Assembly: GCA_039197765.1 (NCBI GenBank)
Contig: JBCCTX010000076.1
Location: forward strand, 1 to 24,307
Origin: Bacteroidota bacterium
GTDB lineage: Bacteria; Bacteroidota; Bacteroidia; J057
Direction of reading: 5' to 3'
DNA length: 24,307 bases
The stretch's first letter is position 1, and each line of letters starts with the position of its first letter. The notes beneath the pieces were generated by a model that was given only the letters and a program-made list of their open reading frames with translations, ran no database searches and was not told where the DNA came from. The translations under genes and the position numbers were made by a program. This document shows positions 17,534 to 24,307 of the stretch, piece after piece.

Positions 17534-19627
17534 ATGGTACGCGATGTGATAGACCATATCTTAAATATCAAGTCCCTGTTTCTCGGGTTATGGATAGTCG
17601 GGGCCTGTCAAACGCCTCAGAAATCGGTAGGTAATTCTTCTTCGGCCTACTACACCGAAGATCACCGCCCTCAAATTCACTTTTCTCCCGATTCCATGTG
17701 GATGAATGACCCCAATGGGATGGTCTACTACGAGGGAGAATACCACCTTTTTTATCAATATCATCCAGAAAGCACCGTATGGGGACCCATGCACTGGGGG
17801 CACGCAGTGAGCCCGGACCTGGTTCATTGGGAGCACTTACCCATAGGCATTTTTCCCGACAGTCTGGGAACGATTTTTTCCGGTAGTGCCGTAGTAGATA
17901 GGAAGAATACCAGTGGCTTCGGAGAGGAAGGTAAGCCTCCGTTGATCGCGATTTTTACCCAGCATAGCCATGAACTCTATGATGCAGGCTCTGACCTCTT
18001 TCAAACCCAAGGTATAGCCTATAGCAATGACAAGGGGAGAACCTGGACCAAGTATGAAGGAAATCCCGTCATCCCCAATCCGGGCATAAGGGACTTTCGC
18101 GATCCCAAGGTCCGTTGGCACGAGGAAAGCCAACATTGGGTTATGATATTTGCTGCTAAAGATCGGGTAAAGATCTATACCTCCCCGAACCTCAAAACCT
18201 GGACCCAGGCATCGGAATTTGGGAAAAATATAGGCACACATGCTGGGGTATGGGAATGTCCGGATTTATTTCCGTTGCAAGTGGAGGGATCGACAGAAAC
18301 CAAATGGGTGATGCTGGTAAGCATCAATCCCGGGGGACCTAATGGAGGGTCGGCTACCCAGTACTTTGTGGGGGACTTTGATGGGAAAACCTTCACCCTG
18401 GACTCAGAATTTGCAACACGCCTGGGTTCTACGAAGGCAAGAGTTCCTCAAGGAAGGCTATATGACACATTTGAAGGGGGAGACTTTGGCGAGTGGAAGG
18501 TAGAAGGGGAGGCCTTTGGCAGCCGCCCCAGCGATGGGAGGGTAGGGGAACAGCAGGAAGTTTTGGGCTTCACAGATAAACGCCTAATCAATAGCTTTCA
18601 CGGTGGAGATGCCAGTACTGGAATCCTTAGCTCCCCCATATTTGTCAACGAATATCCCTACATCAATTTTCAGATTGGGGGAGGGCGCCATCCGGGTTCA
18701 ACAGCCATTCAGTTATGGGCGGATGGAGAAATAGTACGCACCGCAACGGGAAACAATAGCGAAAAGCTTCGCTGGCATCATTGGGACGTATCTGAATTCT
18801 TGGGAAGATCCCTACAGATCAAAATTGTCGATGCCCATGAAGGCGGTTGGGGGCATATCCTAGTGGATCAGATTCTATTTGCTAATGAGCCTGCCACGCC
18901 TGCCATCGAAAAAGCCAAATGGCTTGAATACGGAAGGGATAATTACGCAGGAGTTACCTGGTCGGATATACCCGAATCCGATGGCAGGAGAATTTTCTTG
19001 GGATGGATGAGCAATTGGGACTATGCCCAACGCGTACCAACTTCAAAGTGGCGGAGTGCCATGACTTTACCTCGGGCACTAGAGCTTGTCGAAGTCCCCC
19101 AAGGCCTGACCCTTCGCTCCCAACCGGTAAAAGAATTGACAGAACTTCGATTAGAAGAAATGGGAAGCTACAGTTTTCCATCACTAGAAACGGACACTCC
19201 CTTAATGAGCGGGATAAAGGGCCCAATAGAAGCAATTCTAGAATTCGAAGTAGACGAAGACTCAAACAAGGAGCTACAGGTAGGACTGGAACTATCCAAT
19301 TCTGTTGGAGAATTCTATCGAGTCTTGTATGATAGAGGTTCAAATTCCTATGTGAGCGATAGGACCCTGGCTGGGAAAAAGGATTTCTCAGATATTTTTG
19401 CCTTTGAGGTACATGATGCCCCTAGATTGACAGATGCCTCTGCCATCCAGATGCATCTTTATTTTGATCTGGCGTCTATGGAGCTCTTCGCCGATCAAGG
19501 ATTGACAGTAATGACCGATATTTTTTTCCCAAATCAGAACTTTTCCCAATTGCGTTTGGTATGTAAAGGAGGTAAAATTAAAGGGGGGAAGTTGACCCTG
19601 CATTCCTTAGGAAGGATCTGGGAATAG
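17534..19627 (+). CDS. Glycoside hydrolase family 32 (levanase / beta-fructofuranosidase) with C-terminal beta-sandwich extension, lipoprotein-type signal.
   Basis: Canonical GH32 motifs. WMNDPNG (HFSPDSMWMNDPNGMVYYEGEYHLFYQYHP) carries the nucleophile Asp. FRDPKV is the RDP motif. WECPD is the EC motif with the acid/base Glu. The N-terminus ends LWIVGACQTP, which is lipobox-like. 697 aa. Confidence 0.9.
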   Translation: MVRDVIDHILNIKSLFLGLWIVGACQTPQKSVGNSSSAYYTEDHRPQIHFSPDSMWMNDPNGMVYYEGEYHLFYQYHPESTVWGPMHWGHAVSPDLVHWEHLPIGIFPDSLGTIFSGSAVVDRKNTSGFGEEGKPPLIAIFTQHSHELYDAGSDLFQTQGIAYSNDKGRTWTKYEGNPVIPNPGIRDFRDPKVRWHEESQHWVMIFAAKDRVKIYTSPNLKTWTQASEFGKNIGTHAGVWECPDLFPLQVEGSTETKWVMLVSINPGGPNGGSATQYFVGDFDGKTFTLDSEFATRLGSTKARVPQGRLYDTFEGGDFGEWKVEGEAFGSRPSDGRVGEQQEVLGFTDKRLINSFHGGDASTGILSSPIFVNEYPYINFQIGGGRHPGSTAIQLWADGEIVRTATGNNSEKLRWHHWDVSEFLGRSLQIKIVDAHEGGWGHILVDQILFANEPATPAIEKAKWLEYGRDNYAGVTWSDIPESDGRRIFLGWMSNWDYAQRVPTSKWRSAMTLPRALELVEVPQGLTLRSQPVKELTELRLEEMGSYSFPSLETDTPLMSGIKGPIEAILEFEVDEDSNKELQVGLELSNSVGEFYRVLYDRGSNSYVSDRTLAGKKDFSDIFAFEVHDAPRLTDASAIQMHLYFDLASMELFADQGLTVMTDIFFPNQNFSQLRLVCKGGKIKGGKLTLHSLGRIWE

Positions 19628-19647
19628 GGGAGAGGTTAAATGGCTAA

Positions 19648-19744
19648 TAGTCCACGGTAACTCTTGATAGGGTAGTCCATAGTAACCTCTGATAGGATAG
19701 TCCATGGTTGAATAGTCCATAGTCCATGGTAACCCTTGATACGA
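19648..19744. repeat. Degenerate tandem array of a ~25-bp unit (consensus about TAGTCCATGGTAACyCTTGATAgg), roughly 4 copies, each with a CCATGG palindrome core.
   Basis: Read directly: tagtccacggtaactcttgataggg / tagtccatagtaacctctgatagga / tagtccatggttgaa / tagtccatag / tccatggtaacccttgatac. It lies in the GH32-to-isomerase intergenic spacer. Confidence 0.7.
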
Positions 19745-19760
19745 TATCAATGTACACTTT

Positions 19761-19859
19761 TCAAACCTCAAACTTTTGCCCCTTTTTAAGGGGTTGGGGT
19801 TCTTTCCCTCAAACCTCAAACCATTTGCCCCTTTTCAAGGTTGGGGTTTCCTCTCAAAT
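19761..19859. repeat. Second tandem repeat, ~47-bp unit x ~2.2, each unit containing a CCCCTT-ttt-AAGGGG inverted repeat.
   Basis: Copy 1 (19761-19808): tcaaacctcaaacttttgcccctttttaaggggttggggttctttccc. Copy 2 (19809-19853): tcaaacctcaaaccatttgccccttttcaaggttggggtttcctc. A partial third copy begins tcaaatttc. Directly upstream of the ATG at 19915. Confidence 0.7.
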
Positions 19860-19914
19860 TTCATTGCTTTTCCGAATAGGGAAATGCAACTTGTGGTATC
19901 AAATCCTCTACCAC

Positions 19915-20832
19915 ATGAAAAGAAGATCATTTATCCAAAAAGGGATGGCTACCGCCGCTATTGGGAGTAGTATAGGCCTCCCACATCTGGCTGCACAAGG
20001 CAGCGGCAAGGAAGAGCCCTTCCGATTAAAATATGCCCCTCATTTGGGTATGTTCAAGCACCACGCAGGAGAAGATCCCGTCGATCAAATCAACTTCATG
20101 GCTGATCAAGGCTTTCTTGCATTCGAAGACAATCGTCTATCGGCCAGAGAAGTTGATGTGCAGGAAAAAATTGGATCAGCTTTGGCGAATCGGAACTTGC
20201 AAATGGGGGTATTCGTCGGAAACTGGAATGTACGTAGGGGAGACGGCCTGGCAAAGGGAGATCCTGAAACGCGGGAGGCATTTTTAGAAGAAATAAAAGG
20301 TTCGGTAGACGTCGCCAAACGCGTAAATGCGACTTGGATGACCATCGTTCTCGGAGATTTACACCACAAGTTGGAACTCGATTACCAGACTGCACACATC
20401 ATCGAAACCTTGCGAAGAGCCTCGGAGATTCTAGAGCCCCATAAGCTGGTAATGGTGCTGGAACCCCTTAATCCCTGGGTCAACCATCCCAACATGTTTT
20501 TGGCCAAGATTCCACACGCCTACCTGATCTGTAAGGCGGTGAATAGTCCCTCTTGTAAAATCTTATTTGACATGTACCACCAGCAAATTACAGAAGGGAA
20601 CATCATCAACAATATGGATCTCTCTTGGGACGAAATAGGATACTTCCAAATTGGGGATGTCCCGGGAAGAAAAGAGCCCACTACAGGGGAGATGAACTAT
20701 AAGAATATCTTCAAACACATTCATAGGAAGGGTTTCCAGGGGGTTTTGGGAATGGAACATGGAAATTTTTCCGAAGGAAAAGAGGGGGAAGCCGCACTTT
20801 TAAAGGCCTATCGGGAAGTCGATAGTTTCTAG
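19915..20832 (+). CDS. Tat-exported sugar phosphate isomerase/epimerase (xylose-isomerase-like TIM barrel; hydroxypyruvate-isomerase-like family).
   Basis: The listed ORF begins at 19726 but its first 63 codons run through the tandem repeats. The internal ATG at 19915 gives MKRRSFIQKGMATAAIGSSIGLPHLAAQG, a textbook twin-arginine signal (RRxFIQ). The mature part has xylose-isomerase-like TIM-barrel features (metal-ligand-like E/D/H positions, e.g. ...VLEPLNPW..., ...GMEHG...). 305 aa. Confidence 0.65.
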   Translation: MKRRSFIQKGMATAAIGSSIGLPHLAAQGSGKEEPFRLKYAPHLGMFKHHAGEDPVDQINFMADQGFLAFEDNRLSAREVDVQEKIGSALANRNLQMGVFVGNWNVRRGDGLAKGDPETREAFLEEIKGSVDVAKRVNATWMTIVLGDLHHKLELDYQTAHIIETLRRASEILEPHKLVMVLEPLNPWVNHPNMFLAKIPHAYLICKAVNSPSCKILFDMYHQQITEGNIINNMDLSWDEIGYFQIGDVPGRKEPTTGEMNYKNIFKHIHRKGFQGVLGMEHGNFSEGKEGEAALLKAYREVDSF

Positions 20833-20848
20833 AAATAGATCTGAACCT

Positions 20849-22735
20849 ATGCTTACACCGCATATTCCTGCAGATGCTCAGCTTTCTGAAGAACAATTCG
20901 AATCCCGTATGGATAATTATTTGCCGATTGAATTTCGGCACTTTATCGAAGAGAATTTCTATGGACCGATAGGGGAGCAGGCAAAGCTGGAATATGTAAA
21001 GAAGGATCCCGATTTTTATAAAAACCCTGCAAGGCATATTGCCTTATTTACAGATCATAGCATAGTACATGTTAGGGACGTAGCAGTCCAGGTACTGGAG
21101 GTAGTCAAAAAGGTAAATGGTCAATTGATTCCTTTCCGCGAAAAAGATGAACTGGAATTTCTTAGGGCTTGTTGTCTGCATCTAACCTACCTACACGATA
21201 TTGGAATGTCGGACTTCAGTCCTTTTGGGAGGTTTATGCACCCTGAATTCGCCGCTCAGTATGTATTCTCACCGGTCTTTGATACCTGGGTGGACTTTCT
21301 TTGGGAAAAGAATTCTGGAAATATGTCCTGGATGCTCTCCCGACTTTTTAAAGGGAAATGGGAGGAAGAACGCCTAAAGCTCCTATTGAGAGAAGTTTTG
21401 GCCTTATCCGTTGCTCATAGTAAAAGCAAAGTTCCCATCGAGATTGTTGCCAATCCCCTAGCGTTAAGAGAAAGAATGTTGAACGTTCTCAGCAAACCTC
21501 TTCCTCTCCTGTATGCAGAACAAAAAGTTCAACGCTTACAAAAGAAGCTCGAAAAGAAACCCGATTCGGAGAAATCCCAAAAGTGGAAGGAGGAAATAGC
21601 GCTTTGGGAAAATAAAAAGAAGACGCATGTGCAACATCGTGAAACGACGAATTCAGACTTTTCAAACAGATATTCCAACGAACAACAAGAGGCTTATCAA
21701 TGGCTAACATGGGAGGAGGAACCGTTTAGGCGTTTCATCATACATACACAAGATGCTATCCGTTGTCTGAGAACTGCAGACGCCTTACGCCAACGGGGAA
21801 CAGTTCTACGCACATCTGCTGGGTATGAAATCTTCATCGATGGGAAAACGGCAAATGCTATTTATGCTCTGCGCAATGAAACGGATGAAGAATTGTACCT
21901 ACTAGAGACTAGAAAATCTGTTAACGCAGGGGAAGCCAATCTTGCCAGTAGTGAAATTGATGCTTGTGGGAACTTGCGGGTTTCTTTTCACTTGGGTGCG
22001 TTTTCTGAAGAAAAAATTACCCGTAAAGCAGCCCGAAATGCTGCCGCAGTCATCGACGATATCCAAGCGGATACTATTCAAAGCTTCCTGCGTAACCATC
22101 GCCTGGATGCTAACATTTTTTCTCCCCCTAAAATAGCCTTTAAAGACATCCAGATCTTGGTAGAAGGCACCGATGATAACCCAAATTTTGCAGCCTGGGT
22201 ATGTGAAGCTTTGAATAAAAAGAATCCTGAAAATGCATTTCGGGTACAGGAATCTTTTTCTTTGCAAACCTATGACTTGGAAGAGGTGCAGCGCTATCTC
22301 GATGGGGAGACCTTGACAGATTACCTGCAAGCAAACCCAGAGTTTCGTCAGGTTATTTTAAATGAGCTGAGAAAGTCAGGATTTGAGTTTGCCCCGGAGA
22401 AATCTATTCCTGGAGAAGCAGATATACGCCTCATTCATCTAGCAAATGGTGCACAACTGATCAAAGGAGGGAGTACCTCTGGCTTTGTCTATTTTCCTAT
22501 AGCGGAAGGGCTGCGTGTGTTTCCCTTGGGAGGTTATGAAAGCCGTATGGCCAGTGCTTGGGTCCCTTTGGGGAATACAGGCGTGATACGAGGCTCCATC
22601 CGCAATGCCCATGTATTCGCAGAAACAGCCACCTCTCTCATTTGTGTTCCCAAGTCCATTTACCTCAAGCATTGGTATCATCCCCTAACGTCAAAGGATT
22701 TAGCGAAAATGTGGTGGAAAGGGGAAGATGCATAG
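20849..22735 (+). CDS. Large HD-domain (metal-dependent phosphohydrolase superfamily) protein with a Lys-rich coiled-coil insert; function unknown.
   Basis: 628-aa ORF. His ... His-Asp spacing and context fit HD motifs I/II (DHSIVHVRDVA ... CCLHLTYLHDIGMS), followed by further conserved His residues (MHPE, VAHSKS). The central segment QKVQRLQKKLEKKPDSEKSQKWKEEIALWENKKKTH is strongly basic and helical. Starts 16 nt after the isomerase stop. Confidence 0.55.
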   Translation: MLTPHIPADAQLSEEQFESRMDNYLPIEFRHFIEENFYGPIGEQAKLEYVKKDPDFYKNPARHIALFTDHSIVHVRDVAVQVLEVVKKVNGQLIPFREKDELEFLRACCLHLTYLHDIGMSDFSPFGRFMHPEFAAQYVFSPVFDTWVDFLWEKNSGNMSWMLSRLFKGKWEEERLKLLLREVLALSVAHSKSKVPIEIVANPLALRERMLNVLSKPLPLLYAEQKVQRLQKKLEKKPDSEKSQKWKEEIALWENKKKTHVQHRETTNSDFSNRYSNEQQEAYQWLTWEEEPFRRFIIHTQDAIRCLRTADALRQRGTVLRTSAGYEIFIDGKTANAIYALRNETDEELYLLETRKSVNAGEANLASSEIDACGNLRVSFHLGAFSEEKITRKAARNAAAVIDDIQADTIQSFLRNHRLDANIFSPPKIAFKDIQILVEGTDDNPNFAAWVCEALNKKNPENAFRVQESFSLQTYDLEEVQRYLDGETLTDYLQANPEFRQVILNELRKSGFEFAPEKSIPGEADIRLIHLANGAQLIKGGSTSGFVYFPIAEGLRVFPLGGYESRMASAWVPLGNTGVIRGSIRNAHVFAETATSLICVPKSIYLKHWYHPLTSKDLAKMWWKGEDA

Positions 22736-23181
22736 GGGTATGTGGGAATAGGCGAAATCAAACAGATTTTTTGAGTCGTTTCTTTTGTAAGAGAATCGGG
22801 GAGGCAGCGGAAGAGTACCAAATGGATACGAAACAAAGGGTTACTTCTGTCCTAAAAAAAATGAGTCAAACCATAGGGTAAATACCTCTTTAGCAGTTTT
22901 ATATATATACAGATTTTTCTCCTTTTGGAGTATTTTTTTAGCAGGGTTAATTTTCCTATCTGTGAATGACATTTTCCGGTAAGGAAGTGTGGATTTGAGT
23001 TGTAAGGAAGGGTAGATTGAGGCAAAGGGCGGCAGCCTCTACCAGCTGATTACCCTCCCTATTTCTGAGTGTCTTCGAATGAGTTTCCTCTAGGAATTAG
23101 CAGCAAGTTCGTAAGCCTCACAGCTTAAATTCTAGATTAGAAATTAGACCCTGACAGTCCAAAATTCCGAGTTTGAGGACA

Positions 23182-23210
23182 GGGCCAGGAAAACTCCTGG
23201 CCCTTATTTT
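23182..23210 (+). terminator. Rho-independent terminator-like hairpin on the plus strand with no annotated gene directly upstream.
   Basis: agGGCCAGGA-aaact-CCTGGCCC (9-bp stem, 5-nt loop) followed by TTATTTTTG. It is ~450 nt downstream of the HD-gene stop, inside a ~700-nt gene-free stretch. Confidence 0.45.
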
Positions 23211-23408
23211 TGAAGGGAGTTTATGCTGGAATTTATTCGGAAACTTTTGGGCCTGAACTATAAATTTATATCCTATTGAAGTTACTATGGAAGGTTTAAA
23301 TGAGGCATCCTCTTTTTAGGATAAGTATTTACAGAATTTCCACAGGGTTCCAATTCTCAGCGTCTCTTAGCAACGCTAAGTCCCTCTAAGTCAGTGCCCT
23401 TCAATGTC

Positions 23409-23442
23409 AAAAATAAAAAAGTCATCCCATCTTTGGGATGAC
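23409..23442 (-). terminator. Rho-independent terminator of the TerD-like gene on the minus strand.
   Basis: On the minus strand: GTCATCCCA-aaga-TGGGATGAC (9-bp stem) followed immediately by TTTTTTATTTTT. It lies 10 nt downstream of the TerD-like stop at 23452. Confidence 0.6.
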
Positions 23443-23451
23443 CTATCCTGA

Positions 23452-24307
23452 CTACCCTAAAAACAACTCCGCCACCTTCGCAGAATCCCGGGCCCACTCC
23501 ACATCATAGACCTCTTCCGCTACTTCAGGATTCTCTACCTGCATGAGGCTCTGGCATTCAGCCTTAAGTTGAAGCAAATCGCCGATTTTCCACTTGGCAT
23601 CTAGCTTGGCCATTAAGGCTTCCACCCCTTCTGTATCTAGGTTTTGGACAATTTGCCCCCCGAAGGCAAGTTCCAGCCATAGAATTTCTCGCGCTGCCAC
23701 ATCCAGCACGCCAAAGACCATTCCCTTATTCAAGGTTTGTGTGATCCGGCACTGCTGCTGGACAGCCGTAGGGTCATAGGCTACCCCGCTTTCCTTGATT
23801 TCCATAGGATAGGTGGAATTCATCCATCCTACCACAAGATTGGGAGCTAGGCTCCCATTGGTATAAGCATTGCAGGTAAACGAGACATATTTTGCTCCCA
23901 ACTTTGTCAGTTGATCAAGGTTCACATCAATATACTCTGCTGTACCGACCTTTTCAGGAATCCGCTGGATGTCCCCACTGTGCCGACAGCCTGCTACTGT
24001 CAGTTTGGAATAAGAGCATCGCTCTGTTCTATTTTCATAGGCAACCATACAACTCAAGTCCATATCAAGGTGTTGGGCTTCCAAGCCCTCTCCCCATTGC
24101 ATAAAGAGTCGAACGATATCTCCCTCAACAGGTAGACGGGTACCCATCAGGATTTGAGGTAGATCCTGGACCATCTCACTTCGATCTCCAATGGCAATGG
24201 GAATTTGGAACAGGGATTCATCTATGTAAATGGACTTATTTTCATTTTCCTGTACACTCAAATACCCCTTGATAGCTTCTAGGCTTACTTCCTGAACGGC
24301 TACCTGC
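23452..24307 (-). CDS. TerD-domain (tellurite-resistance/stress TerD family-like) protein; the 5' end is outside the window.
   Basis: The frame is open to the window edge; the listed TTG at 24261 is probably not the true start. The sequence parallels TerD landmarks. HLDMDLSCMV matches DFDLDASAFLL. RHSGDIQRIPEKVGTAEYIDVNLDQL matches HTGDNRTGEGDGDDESLKIKLDAV. AKYVSFTCNAYT matches KIIFVVTIHD. The C-terminal FGVLDVAAREILWLELAFGG matches FGELYRHNGEWKFRAVGQG. The canonical acidic Ca-binding GDN(R)TGEGDGDDE motif is degenerate. Confidence 0.5.
   Translation of the reverse strand, partial: QVAVQEVSLEAIKGYLSVQENENKSIYIDESLFQIPIAIGDRSEMVQDLPQILMGTRLPVEGDIVRLFMQWGEGLEAQHLDMDLSCMVAYENRTERCSYSKLTVAGCRHSGDIQRIPEKVGTAEYIDVNLDQLTKLGAKYVSFTCNAYTNGSLAPNLVVGWMNSTYPMEIKESGVAYDPTAVQQQCRITQTLNKGMVFGVLDVAAREILWLELAFGGQIVQNLDTEGVEALMAKLDAKWKIGDLLQLKAECQSLMQVENPEVAEEVYDVEWARDSAKVAELFLG

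Noticed and set aside
19648-19859. Possible mini-CRISPR array.
   Set aside because: The units are direct tandem copies with no unique spacers between them. The unit length and degeneracy are wrong, and no cas genes are nearby.
19726-19914. 5' extension of the isomerase ORF (listed start 19726) running through the tandem repeats.
   Set aside because: Its translation is repeat-derived low-complexity text. The ATG at 19915 gives a canonical twin-arginine signal peptide, which is the far more plausible start.
22558-22881. 107-aa plus-strand ORF overlapping the 3' end of the HD-domain gene.
   Set aside because: It is in an alternative frame of a well-supported gene. Its Cys/Arg-rich composition is typical of spurious overlap ORFs.

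Overview
The window looks like Bacteroidota-type chromosomal DNA: about 45% GC, no Shine-Dalgarno sequences, A-rich regions before start codons, and several lipoprotein-type signal peptides ending in Cys. It holds 16 convincing protein-coding genes and no tRNA, rRNA or CRISPR array.

Gene content, start to end:
- A giant (at least 1667 aa) polytopic membrane protein whose C-terminus carries the three class B PBP transpeptidase motifs (SxxK, SxN, KTG).
- Three tightly packed downstream genes of unknown function, the last resembling a DUF4407 membrane/coiled-coil protein.
- A convergent minus-strand envelope cluster: a lipoprotein, a lytic transglycosylase (SLT domain) and a NagZ-like GH3 lipoprotein.
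- A secreted DOMON-like protein.
- A signal-peptide metallophosphoesterase.
- A YqiJ/NfeD-like and flotillin (SPFH) gene pair; the flotillin carries an internal tandem repeat (~340 bp including the linker).
- A fructan/sucrose module: MFS sugar porter plus GH32.
- An intergenic spacer holding two different tandem-repeat arrays.
- A Tat-signal sugar-phosphate isomerase/epimerase-like TIM-barrel protein.
- A 628-aa HD-domain protein.
- A ~700-bp gene-free region with an orphan plus-strand intrinsic terminator.
- A partial TerD-like gene, which runs off the window end.

The strongest novelty candidates are the giant membrane–PBP fusion with its three-gene downstream module (5104..7941), and the repeat-laden spacer at 19.6–19.9 kb. 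All functional calls rest on motifs read by eye, not on searches.
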